Translations under genes and position numbers: made by a program | Part shown: positions 16,814-26,134 of the stretch, piece by piece | How the letters are laid out: every line of letters begins with the position of its first letter | Position numbering within the stretch: position 1 is the stretch's first letter | The notes under the pieces: generated by a model | What the model was told of the DNA's origin: nothing | Database searches by the model: none | Seen by the model: only the letters and a program-made list of their open reading frames with translations | Assembly (NCBI GenBank): GCA_044359535.1 | Contig: JBIKLZ010000002.1 | Location: forward strand, 32,001-96,000 | DNA length: 64,000 nt | Direction of reading: 5' to 3' | Source of the DNA: Chlamydiia bacterium | GTDB taxonomy: Bacteria > Chlamydiota > Chlamydiia > Chlamydiales > 2-12-FULL-49-11

Positions 16814-17796
16814 TTTCTTTTTTCCAAAAGACTTTCATTCACAACTTTAGAAACACTTTCAATGTAGTGTTCTAAACGGAAAAGTGCGCTTGCAGGAGAT
16901 CTATCAAACGCTTCTATTGCTTTAATGTATTCCATCCATCTTTCTTCACTCATTGTGTCAATATAGGTATGAAGCTCTTCAATTGAATTAAAACTTCTAG
17001 CATCTATAAAGGTCTCTTTTGGGATGTAATCTGTGATTTTTGATGACCCGTAATAAATAGGGACACACCGATTTTGCAAACAGTGAAGGATTTTTTCAGA
17101 AATATAGTGGAAATCATTATCCCAATTTTCGTAACAATAACAGAATTTATGGTCTCTTAAAATAGCGTGTTTGTTATCACAGCGCCCCTTATAGATAGAA
17201 AGTTTGCATTTTTCCCACCCTCTACTTCCGTACAAGTTCAATTTTTCTGGAAAATTAGAAGTGTAAAACTCAGCAATGCGCCTTCTTTCAGTGTAAAGTT
17301 CTTTTGGATCTTTAAACACATCGGCAAGATACCCACTTATAAGACAGGCAAATGAACGGTCATTGAAAGGTTTATATTCGGGATATACCCCTTGATAATG
17401 GGGAAAAAAGCCTTTAAAAAATTTTTTACCATCATAGAGGTCGTGATTCCATGTAAATACTTTATAATAGGAAGCTAGGTAGGAAGGGTTTGAAAATCTT
17501 TTTATTACAGGGCGAGGTTCAGTTACAAAAAGGATTGTTTTTTGTTTAATTTTTGCCGAAAAATTAATATCTAAAATGGTAAGTAATAGATCGTAGGTGT
17601 CTAAGGTTTTGTTAGATGAGGGGTCAAAATAGACCATTTCTGCTTGATGACCCTGTTCTTGAAATCGTTTGATCAGTTCATTTGGGTGTTCAAAAGCAGT
17701 ATTAAAAGGGGCCTGTTTTAAGCAAATTAAGCCGATTTTTCCAGAAAATAGAGATGAAAGGGGCAATAGGCAAATGAGTAAAAATTTAAATTTCAT
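16810..17796 (-). CDS. Glycosyltransferase family 10 paralogue with signal peptide
   Basis: HKFCYCYEN..YISEKI..CVPIYYG..IPKETFIDARSF; ATGA overlap with its paralogue. Confidence 0.88.
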   Translation of the reverse strand: MKFKFLLICLLPLSSLFSGKIGLICLKQAPFNTAFEHPNELIKRFQEQGHQAEMVYFDPSSNKTLDTYDLLLTILDINFSAKIKQKTILFVTEPRPVIKRFSNPSYLASYYKVFTWNHDLYDGKKFFKGFFPHYQGVYPEYKPFNDRSFACLISGYLADVFKDPKELYTERRRIAEFYTSNFPEKLNLYGSRGWEKCKLSIYKGRCDNKHAILRDHKFCYCYENWDNDFHYISEKILHCLQNRCVPIYYGSSKITDYIPKETFIDARSFNSIEELHTYIDTMSEERWMEYIKAIEAFDRSPASALFRLEHYIESVSKVVNESLLEKRK

Positions 17797-17984
17797 CTTA
17801 GTTCCTTGTAGAAAGAATGAAACAATACCAAAAATGGAGAATTTTTTTAAAGAAAAAAATGAGACCAGAGATCTTATATGAAAATAAAAAATTTTTTATT
17901 ATATTCTTTATTTCATTTTTTTGTTAAAATAGTTTCATCATTAAAATAATATGAGGGGAATCATGAGCTTTAGTGTAAATAATA

Positions 17985-19148
17985 ATGCAGGGGTTGTTGG
18001 AGCATTTCAAGTCGAAAAACAACCAGTTTATCCTACAGGATAAAGATGGTGATGGAACATTAAGTAGGGTACAAGCAATTGGACAAAAGATGTTGGCCCC
18101 TTCAGAAAATGATGAGGGTGCACAAGTTAAATATTTGAAATATTTGGCAAAGGGGGGATCGTTTGATCCCACTACAGTGGAAAAAAAAGATAGGGAAAAC
18201 ATATTTAAAGCTATTTTTATTAGCGGTTTAACCGCTATAATTGGTGATGCACAACTAAGTGACTATCAAAAGCACTCTTGTGTGCATGAGTATTTTCAAC
18301 AGCAGTATGCAAAAGATAAAGAGATTTTTAAATGCCTTAGAGAAGGTGGAGAATTGTTGAAAGAGGTTGTTTCTCTATGTCACACTGAAAAGTGTGATGC
18401 TAACCTTTTTTTTAAAAATAGCAAGTCATGCTTGTCACTAATCTCTTTTCTTGATGAGCGGATTCAAAATTATAATAGGTCTTTATTCCCCAGTTTCATC
18501 TATTGTCCAGAATTTATAGAGGCCTTCCTCGCAAGTAGATTTGCAAGTCATATTTCTCATGCCTTTTTTACTCAAGCATCGATAGACTTTGTTTCACAAG
18601 TGATTAGAAAATGGAAGATAGAGGACGTTGTTGAAGTGGGTTGTGGATCTGGGTATTTAGGGTGGCAGATTGAATTTCTTATAAAGGAGATAAGTAAACA
18701 ATCAAAGGGGATGTGTTATCCGTTTCCTTATGCAGGCTATGAACTGCAATCTTATAGAGGAAGTGTAATTAGTGATTATTTAGAGCGGAGCATTATAAAA
18801 AATAAGGATCCTAAAGATTTTTCATATTTAAAGCAATGGGTCAAATATGGGCCAACAACCCTTTTTCTCTCTTATGTTCAACCTGAGTCTTCCGAGTGCA
18901 CAATGGGTGTGGATGCATTAACTACCTACTGTAGATTCTGTAAAGAATATGGGAAATTACCTACGTTATTCCTTATTTCAGATGGTGATTTGACCGATGG
19001 CCCGCAATTTAGAACAATTTTAGCCACATATTTTAAAAAGATATCTGGATGTTCCATGAAAGGGCACATCGGAGCAGAGAGCCCTGTCATTGAATTTTAT
19101 GAGGGAAGAAAAGGCGCTTTTGATACAACTCATGGGTGTTTTTTATAA
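17985..19148 (+). CDS. Hypothetical protein with a C-terminal class I SAM methyltransferase-like domain; true start uncertain
   Basis: Motif I VVEVGCGSGYLG; orphan N-terminal half. Confidence 0.6.
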   Translation: MQGLLEHFKSKNNQFILQDKDGDGTLSRVQAIGQKMLAPSENDEGAQVKYLKYLAKGGSFDPTTVEKKDRENIFKAIFISGLTAIIGDAQLSDYQKHSCVHEYFQQQYAKDKEIFKCLREGGELLKEVVSLCHTEKCDANLFFKNSKSCLSLISFLDERIQNYNRSLFPSFIYCPEFIEAFLASRFASHISHAFFTQASIDFVSQVIRKWKIEDVVEVGCGSGYLGWQIEFLIKEISKQSKGMCYPFPYAGYELQSYRGSVISDYLERSIIKNKDPKDFSYLKQWVKYGPTTLFLSYVQPESSECTMGVDALTTYCRFCKEYGKLPTLFLISDGDLTDGPQFRTILATYFKKISGCSMKGHIGAESPVIEFYEGRKGAFDTTHGCFL

Positions 19149-19210
19149 AGGGCCGTCTCTTTTAACAAAAAGCTTGGAAAAATTTAAGGAATTTGTATGG
19201 TTAGGCTTCT

Positions 19211-19693
19211 ATGAAGAAGCCTTTTATTGATGAGCCTACCTATGTTGAAGATGAAAGGGGTTATTTTCATCAGGTGATTGAGAACAGTGTTATGGAAATT
19301 GCCCAAGTAAATCACTCATTTTCAGTCAAAGGGGTGTTACGGGGGATGCATTTTCAAAAAGGGCAAGAAAAGTATGTCTATTGCCCCATAGGGGAAATTT
19401 TCGACGTTATTGTTGATATAAACCCTGAATCTGAGACATTTATGCAGTGGACCGCAACCATTCTTTCCGGGAAAAATCGTAAAAAGCTTTTTATTCCGGA
19501 ACATTACGCCCATGGATTTTATACCCTTTCTGACACAGCTCATGTAGTTTATGCAGTATCAACAAGGTATAATCCTAAAAAAGAGGGTTTGTTTAATGCC
19601 TTTGACGTGGATGTAAATATACAGTGGCCAGAAAAAAATGTTATCAGATCGTTTAAAGACAAAAAGGCCCCTTCATTTAAAGAGGGGATCTAA
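19211..19693 (+). CDS. rfbC: dTDP-4-dehydrorhamnose 3,5-epimerase
   Basis: DERGYF, QVNHSFSVKGVLRGMHFQ, AHGF. Confidence 0.96.
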   Translation: MKKPFIDEPTYVEDERGYFHQVIENSVMEIAQVNHSFSVKGVLRGMHFQKGQEKYVYCPIGEIFDVIVDINPESETFMQWTATILSGKNRKKLFIPEHYAHGFYTLSDTAHVVYAVSTRYNPKKEGLFNAFDVDVNIQWPEKNVIRSFKDKKAPSFKEGI

Positions 19694-20557
19694 ATGCTTG
19701 TCTGGGTTGTTGGGAAAAATGGCCTTGTTGGACAAAGTGTGATGAACGCTTTATTCGATGCTGTGGGCTCTTTAAGAAGTCAGGCAGATGTCACGGATCC
19801 TAAGGCTTTAGAGGAGTTTTATAAAGAGTATAAACCGACCCATATTATCAATTGCTCAGCAATTGTTCATGTCGATAAGGTAGAGCATGAATATGCCAAC
19901 CTTGCTAAAAAGATCAATGTGGATGGGGTTGAAAATCTAGCAAAGGTAGCAAAAAAAAACCGCGCAAAACTCATTCACATCAGTACAGATTATGTCTTTG
20001 ATGGGGAAAAAGAAGAGGCTTATAGTGAAGAGGATCAAAAAAAAGCGGTAAATGTCTATGGACAAACAAAGCTTCTTGGGGAGCAAAGGCTTTTTGATAT
20101 CCTCCCTTCAGCTGTGTGTGTCCGCACTGCAAGTGTCTATGGATATGGAAAAGATGGCCTTATTGAGTCGATGAAACACTATTTGGAGGAAAACAAAAGG
20201 TGCCTATCTCCCATTGATCAAGTCTCTACTCCAACATGTAGTGAGGATCTTGCAACCGCTATTTTATCTCTTTTAGATAAAGAGGGGGTATTTCATTTTG
20301 TAAACAAAGGATTTTGTTCCCGTTTTGAACTGTTAACCTTTATAAAAGAGCTTATGGACACATATCAGCTCCCTTATGCCTGCACCCATATTGAACCTGT
20401 ACTTCAAAAAGACCTAAAAAGGGCGGCCCTTCGACCTTGTCGCTCTGTGTTATCGACAAAAAAGATAGAAGAGGTTTTAAAGGGACCTATTCGATCATGG
20501 CAGGAGGGGGTAGAAGAGTATTTTGCCCGTCGATGGGGGAAGGGTACAAGAAAATGA
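19694..20557 (+). CDS. rfbD: dTDP-4-dehydrorhamnose reductase
   Basis: GKNGLVG, HISTDYVFDG, YGQTK, RPCRSVL. Confidence 0.95.
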   Translation: MLVWVVGKNGLVGQSVMNALFDAVGSLRSQADVTDPKALEEFYKEYKPTHIINCSAIVHVDKVEHEYANLAKKINVDGVENLAKVAKKNRAKLIHISTDYVFDGEKEEAYSEEDQKKAVNVYGQTKLLGEQRLFDILPSAVCVRTASVYGYGKDGLIESMKHYLEENKRCLSPIDQVSTPTCSEDLATAILSLLDKEGVFHFVNKGFCSRFELLTFIKELMDTYQLPYACTHIEPVLQKDLKRAALRPCRSVLSTKKIEEVLKGPIRSWQEGVEEYFARRWGKGTRK

Positions 20558-21510
20558 AGATCTTAGTTACTGGGGGCTATGGCTTTATGGGCTCAGACTT
20601 TATTCGATGTCTTTTAGAAGGATCGGATTGGGAAATTGTTAACATAGACCTTTTAACCTACGCAGGGAATAAAAACAATCTTTTACAGAGCCCCCGTCTT
20701 CAATCCTATATTAGAGATATTTGTGATAAGGATTTTCTAGAAAGGTTGTTTGCCACCCACTCTTTTGATGCTGTGGTTCATTTTGCCGCTGAAACTCATG
20801 TAGATAGAAGTATTGAAAACCCACTCCCTTTTATCCATTCAAATATTTTGGGGACCATCCATTTACTTCAAATCCAACAAAAGTATCCAAAAACACATTT
20901 TCATTATATTTCAACCGATGAGGTTTATGGGGATCTTTCAGATTCAGAACCAAGCTTTACTTTAGATGCCCCTTTCCATCCAAGCTCCCCATATGCAGCC
21001 TCTAAAGCTTCTGCAGATCTGTTTTGTCAAGCCTATAGAAGAACCTATGGAGCAAGTGTGACTATTTCTAGATCCGGTAATAACTTTGGCCCCTATCAAA
21101 ATCAGGAGAAATTAATCCCTTCGATGACGATTAAAGCGTTGGCAGGAGAAGATTTAACCCTTTATGGAGATGGAAAGAATAAAAGGGATTGGTTGTTTGT
21201 TAGGGATCACTCTATAGCTATTATGAAGATTCTTAAGAGAAGGGCATTTGGTGAGATCTATCATATTGGAAGTGGCTATGAAAGGACTAACATTGAAGTA
21301 TGTGAAGCCATTTGTGAAGAAATCTTTAGGCAAACAGGGAAAAGGTCAGAAAGTAAGATCACTTTTATCCAAGATCGAAAGGGTCACGATCGTAGGTACA
21401 GTTTAGAGGTAAAAAAGACTCAAGAAATCCTTGATTTTTCTCCTAAAGTAGCATTTAATGAGGGAATCAAGTATGTTGTATCTTCACTTTTACACAAGAG
21501 CCAGCTGTGA
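20554..21510 (+). CDS. rfbB: dTDP-glucose 4,6-dehydratase
   Basis: ILVTGGYGFMGS, HFAAETHVDRSI, ISTDEVYG, PYAASK; ATGA overlap fixes the start at 20554. Confidence 0.96.
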   Translation: MKILVTGGYGFMGSDFIRCLLEGSDWEIVNIDLLTYAGNKNNLLQSPRLQSYIRDICDKDFLERLFATHSFDAVVHFAAETHVDRSIENPLPFIHSNILGTIHLLQIQQKYPKTHFHYISTDEVYGDLSDSEPSFTLDAPFHPSSPYAASKASADLFCQAYRRTYGASVTISRSGNNFGPYQNQEKLIPSMTIKALAGEDLTLYGDGKNKRDWLFVRDHSIAIMKILKRRAFGEIYHIGSGYERTNIEVCEAICEEIFRQTGKRSESKITFIQDRKGHDRRYSLEVKKTQEILDFSPKVAFNEGIKYVVSSLLHKSQL

Positions 21511-22229
21511 AGATTGTTTGTATCATCCCTGCAAGAGTTAACTCCCAAAGATTTCATAAAAAGATCTTTGCTCAACTGGGGGACAAAACCCTCCTTGGAA
21601 CCACAATTGAGGCTGCAAAAAAAGTCTCCCTTTTTGATGAGGTCATTGTGGCAGGATGCAGTCAAGAAGTGGTCGATCTTGCCCATGCCCATGGGGTTAA
21701 AGGGGTTATTACCGATCCTTTACTTCCAAATGGCACTTTAAGGATGATTGCAGCCATAGAAACCCTTGGGATAACAGCCGAGTATTTTGTCAATTGGCAG
21801 GCGGATGAACCCTTTATCAATGAAGAGGTGATAATGAGTTTGATGAGCGGGGTAGGCAACTGCGATATTTGGACTTTAAAAAAGGAAATTGATAAAAAAG
21901 AGGGGGAGGAGCCCTCTGTTGTAAAAGTTGTCACTGATATAGAAGGAAAAGCTCTATACTTTTCCCGATCTTTAATCCCTTATGAAAGGGGGGATGGGGC
22001 TAAGTACTTTAAACATATTGGGTTGTATGCATTTACAAAAAGTGCCCTAGAAAGGATAAAAGGGCTAGAAAAATCTTTTTTGGAAGGGGTTGAAGTGCTA
22101 GAGCAGCTTCGGTGGTTAGAGCATGGTTTAACAATCAAATTGTCAGTCACTTATGAGAATTTGATGGGGATTGACACAGAAAAAGACCTTTTTGTTGCAC
22201 ATACTTTTAAATCAACGATAAATAGTTGA
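21507..22229 (+). CDS. kdsB: CMP-Kdo synthetase
   Basis: IIPARVNSQRF, NWQADEP, ALYFSRS, HIGLYAF, LEQLRWLE. Confidence 0.96.
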   Translation: MKIVCIIPARVNSQRFHKKIFAQLGDKTLLGTTIEAAKKVSLFDEVIVAGCSQEVVDLAHAHGVKGVITDPLLPNGTLRMIAAIETLGITAEYFVNWQADEPFINEEVIMSLMSGVGNCDIWTLKKEIDKKEGEEPSVVKVVTDIEGKALYFSRSLIPYERGDGAKYFKHIGLYAFTKSALERIKGLEKSFLEGVEVLEQLRWLEHGLTIKLSVTYENLMGIDTEKDLFVAHTFKSTINS

Positions 22230-22280
22230 AGTGTAAAGCTTATTTATTTACAATGTTAGCAAAGAATAAAGGATTTTTTT

Positions 22281-23096
22281 ATGCATGAGCTTTCCGCTTA
22301 TTTTTTTTGTAAAATTATAGTCCCTGTTACCCAAGAGGACACCGATCCTGATTCTCAATTATTAGCACCTAATCAATTTAGGTATCCAGTACCAAACGGT
22401 AAAAAGTTATTTCAGATTACAGCAGAAACTCCACGCACTTGTAAAAAAGACTTATCCATAGCAAAGATTTGTGGGGAGCTTTTTCTTTATAAGCATGATT
22501 CAAATTCTGTAAAAGGGAGGGTTACTCACTGGGGGCATTCTTTTGTATTAGCTTTTTATAGCGTTGTCCATAATCTTTTTATAAAGTGTATAAAGGTGCT
22601 GTTTATTAAATTCTTTTCTTTAGTAGGGGTACAATTTAAGCCCATTGTAAAGGAGAATGCAGATAGAATGTGGAAAGCAGGCTCTCCGTGGAAAGCGCTT
22701 CTTGTGATCATCCCTCAAATGATACTGGGAATTTTTGGTTTTTTAAGTTGCGGCTTTTTATCGGTAAGGATAAATAGATGTATCAATTTCTTAGAACGTT
22801 GGTCGTTAGGTATGACTCATAAAGACTTAAAGGATTTATCTTTACGGAAACGGGTAATGTGTTATGATGTCATGCTCCCTTGTCATATGCCTTGGGTAGC
22901 TTTAAAAGAGAATGAGGTTATATTGGGAGCATTTAATCAAAAGCAACAGCAGCCTATTGGAATCAGCTTAACAAGGGATGTTGAAGAAGGATTGATTAGG
23001 AGCTATCTGTGGCAGTTTATGGATGACAAGTATAAGATTAATAAATCTGTACCGCAAGAAGATATTTGTTTGGATGTAAATGCTTTAAGGGGGTAG
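22281..23096 (+). CDS. Hypothetical membrane protein, paralogue 1
   Basis: Shares HN.F.KCI.VL..KF..G..FK...DRMWK.G.PWKAL..LS.GFLS..NR with the next gene. Confidence 0.75.
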   Translation: MHELSAYFFCKIIVPVTQEDTDPDSQLLAPNQFRYPVPNGKKLFQITAETPRTCKKDLSIAKICGELFLYKHDSNSVKGRVTHWGHSFVLAFYSVVHNLFIKCIKVLFIKFFSLVGVQFKPIVKENADRMWKAGSPWKALLVIIPQMILGIFGFLSCGFLSVRINRCINFLERWSLGMTHKDLKDLSLRKRVMCYDVMLPCHMPWVALKENEVILGAFNQKQQQPIGISLTRDVEEGLIRSYLWQFMDDKYKINKSVPQEDICLDVNALRG

Positions 23097-23101
23097 GGAA
23101 A

Positions 23102-23926
23102 ATGATAGAAAGCACAGTTAATGTTTCTATCTATACACAAACTTGTCGCAACGCAATTAGGGGAACATCTGCTGCATATAATAAAGATTTTTATAAAAAG
23201 GAGCTTGAAGAAAAACCATTAGAAGAATGGGAATGTGTTTTTGTCTCTTCAAAAAATCAAGAAGATAACTATATTTACGGCGTTAGAAAGTTGTTAGATG
23301 AGCCTGCAGAAGGACAAAATAGCACTCATTTAATTCTAGCAACGCGTACTTTTGAAGGGCGTCAATATCTATATGCACCTTCAAATCGTAAGGACTTTTT
23401 TATTGAGTGGGGTAAAGGGTTAGGTATGCTTTTCAGCAATATCTTTCATAATATTTTTTTTAAATGTATTGGAGTCTTAGTTTGTAAATTTCTTATTGTC
23501 TCTGGAGTAGGGTTTAAAAAATCGTTTTGTGAAGAAGTCGATAGGATGTGGAAAGAGGGGACACCATGGAAAGCATTAATTGCCCTAGTGGTTCAGATTG
23601 GATTAAATTGTTTGTCCTTCATTTCATTTGGATTCTTAAGTAGAGAGCTCAATAGAATCTCGGGGTATGTGGAGTTAAAGACATTAGGGGATCAATGTTC
23701 GCAAAAAACCTATACAAGTAGAATAAAAGTGGGATGGTATGCAGCCCCTTGTGAATCCCCCCGCGCTATTTTATCTGAGGGGATATCAATAAAACCAAAT
23801 GAGACGGTTAATATAAAAGAAATTGTTTCTCCTGATCAGCTTCGTTATTTTGTTCAAGCGATGTTGCACCCAGAGTATAAAAAAAGTATTCCCAAAGACT
23901 ACGTCAACTTTCCTAAGGTTAAATAA
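23102..23926 (+). CDS. Hypothetical membrane protein, paralogue 2
   Basis: Same core; start set to ATG 23102, after the previous stop and a G-rich RBS. Confidence 0.75.
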   Translation: MIESTVNVSIYTQTCRNAIRGTSAAYNKDFYKKELEEKPLEEWECVFVSSKNQEDNYIYGVRKLLDEPAEGQNSTHLILATRTFEGRQYLYAPSNRKDFFIEWGKGLGMLFSNIFHNIFFKCIGVLVCKFLIVSGVGFKKSFCEEVDRMWKEGTPWKALIALVVQIGLNCLSFISFGFLSRELNRISGYVELKTLGDQCSQKTYTSRIKVGWYAAPCESPRAILSEGISIKPNETVNIKEIVSPDQLRYFVQAMLHPEYKKSIPKDYVNFPKVK

Positions 23927-23971
23927 TTTTTAGAGTTGAGGGTTATCTAAAGAACCTCTACAATAGGAATC

Positions 23972-25411
23972 ATGACAACTCAAGAAATTTTAAGAGAAAA
24001 GGAGAGCTATAAATACGGCTTTCACACAGACATTGAATCAGAAGTGTTTGAAAAGGGGCTTTCTGAAGAGATCATTCGAAAAATTTCTTCTATGAAACAA
24101 GAGCCAGAATTCATGTTGGAATTCCGGTTAAAAGCGTATAAAAAATTTTTAGCAATGACTCCCCCCTCTTGGAGTAATACCACGTTCCCTCCAATTGATT
24201 TTCAAGATATTTCATATTATGCCGCTCCGAAAAATAAGCCCAAACTTGCCCATTTGGATCAGGTAGATCCAGAGATTCTCCGCACCTTTGAAAAGTTGGG
24301 GATCCCTTTAGAGGAGCAGAAAAGATTGGCAAATGTAGCCATCGATGTGGTCTTTGATTCCGTTTCTTTAGGGACCACCTTTCATAAGGTCCTTGAAGAT
24401 GCAGGGGTCGTTCTTTGTTCCATCTCTGAAGCTATACAAAAATACCCAGAAATTATAGAAAAATATTTAGGAAGTGTTGTCCCCATCGGCGATAATTTTT
24501 ATGCCGCTTTAAACTCTGCTGTTTTTTCTGATGGATCATTTGTCTATGTCCCAGAAGGGGTAAGGTCCCCTATTGAATTATCCACCTATTTTAGGATCAA
24601 TGAAAAAGAGACAGGACAATTTGAGAGGACATTAATTATTGCTGAAAAGGGCTCATATGTAAGTTATTTAGAGGGGTGTTCAGCTCCTGCCTATGATAAA
24701 AATCAATTACATGCAGCTGTAGTTGAGCTTGTTGCTTTTGACCATGCAGAGATTAAGTATTCTACCGTTCAAAATTGGTACAGTGGAGATCCAAAAACAG
24801 GTAAGGGGGGGATTTACAACTTTGTAACAAAAAGAGGGCGGTGTAAAGGGTATCGTTCAAAAATTTCCTGGGCTCAAGTAGAAGCTGGAGCCTCTATTAC
24901 ATGGAAATATCCAGGGTGTATCTTAGAGGGGGATGAGTCTGTAGGAGAGTTTTATTCTGTGGCTTTGACAAATGGCTTCATGCAAGCTGATACTGGGACA
25001 AAGATGATCCACAAAGGAAAAAACACCTCTTCTACCATTATTTCAAAAGGGATATCGGCGGATAACTCTCATAACACCTATCGGGGCCTTGTTCATGTCT
25101 CTTCAAAGGCAAAAAATGCTCGAAATTACACACAATGTGATTCTATGCTTGTGGGAAACTCTTGCAGCGCTAACACCTTCCCTTATATTGATGTCCATAA
25201 CAACACTGCAAGTATTGAGCATGAAGCCTCCACGTCAAAAATGAGTGAAGAGCAACTTTTTTACTTAGAATCAAGGGGCATTTCAAAAGAAAATGCCATT
25301 AATTTGATTGTTAACGGATTTTGCAAAGACGTCATAGCAAAGCTTCCCTTAGAATTTGCAGTAGAGGCAGAAAAATTATTAACCTTAAAATTAGAACGGT
25401 CGGTGGGATAG
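23972..25411 (+). CDS. sufB: Fe-S cluster assembly scaffold SufB
   Basis: [41 protein letters not shown]. Confidence 0.99.
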   Translation: MTTQEILREKESYKYGFHTDIESEVFEKGLSEEIIRKISSMKQEPEFMLEFRLKAYKKFLAMTPPSWSNTTFPPIDFQDISYYAAPKNKPKLAHLDQVDPEILRTFEKLGIPLEEQKRLANVAIDVVFDSVSLGTTFHKVLEDAGVVLCSISEAIQKYPEIIEKYLGSVVPIGDNFYAALNSAVFSDGSFVYVPEGVRSPIELSTYFRINEKETGQFERTLIIAEKGSYVSYLEGCSAPAYDKNQLHAAVVELVAFDHAEIKYSTVQNWYSGDPKTGKGGIYNFVTKRGRCKGYRSKISWAQVEAGASITWKYPGCILEGDESVGEFYSVALTNGFMQADTGTKMIHKGKNTSSTIISKGISADNSHNTYRGLVHVSSKAKNARNYTQCDSMLVGNSCSANTFPYIDVHNNTASIEHEASTSKMSEEQLFYLESRGISKENAINLIVNGFCKDVIAKLPLEFAVEAEKLLTLKLERSVG

Positions 25412-26134
25412 ATGATGTTAGAGCTAGAAAATGTGTTTGTAAGAACTTCTGATACAGAAATTATAAACGATCTTTCAATGAAAATAGAAAAAGGGAAGGT
25501 CTATGCAATTATGGGTCCTAATGGTGCGGGGAAATCCACACTTGCAAAAGCATTATCTGGACACCCTTTGTATGAAGTATTGGGTAAAATCCTTTTTGAT
25601 GGAGAGGATTTAACCTCTATGGAGGGAGAAGAAAGGGCAAAAAAAGGGTTGTTTGTCAGTTTTCAGTACCCTATAGAGATTGCAGGTCTTTCATTTATTG
25701 ATTTTCTACATGCAGCCTATCAAGGGGTTCATAAAGAAATTGAAAAAGGGGAATTTAGAAAATGGGTCGAAAAGATTGCTGTAGAAATGGAAGTAAACCC
25801 CTTATTTCTTGATCGTGGATTAAATGAAAGCTGTTCAGGTGGGGAAAAAAAGAAAAATGAGATATTACAGATGAAAATTTTAGATCCAAAATGTGTTATT
25901 TTGGATGAAACCGACTCTGGCCTTGATATTGATGCGTTAAAAGTGGTTGCTTCAGGGGTCAATTCTTTTAAAAGAGGGGATAAATCGATAATTCTTATTA
26001 CTCACTACCAACGCTTACTAGATTATATAGAGCCTGATGTGATTTTTGTCATGAAAGGGGGAAAAATTGTCAAAACTGGCGATAAAACTTTAGCCATGGA
26101 ATTAGAAGAGATGGGGTATAGCCAATGCTTTTAA
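25412..26134 (+). CDS. sufC: Fe-S assembly ATPase SufC
   Basis: MGPNGAGKST, SGGEKKKNEILQM, LDETDSGLDIDAL. Confidence 0.98.
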   Translation: MMLELENVFVRTSDTEIINDLSMKIEKGKVYAIMGPNGAGKSTLAKALSGHPLYEVLGKILFDGEDLTSMEGEERAKKGLFVSFQYPIEIAGLSFIDFLHAAYQGVHKEIEKGEFRKWVEKIAVEMEVNPLFLDRGLNESCSGGEKKKNEILQMKILDPKCVILDETDSGLDIDALKVVASGVNSFKRGDKSIILITHYQRLLDYIEPDVIFVMKGGKIVKTGDKTLAMELEEMGYSQCF

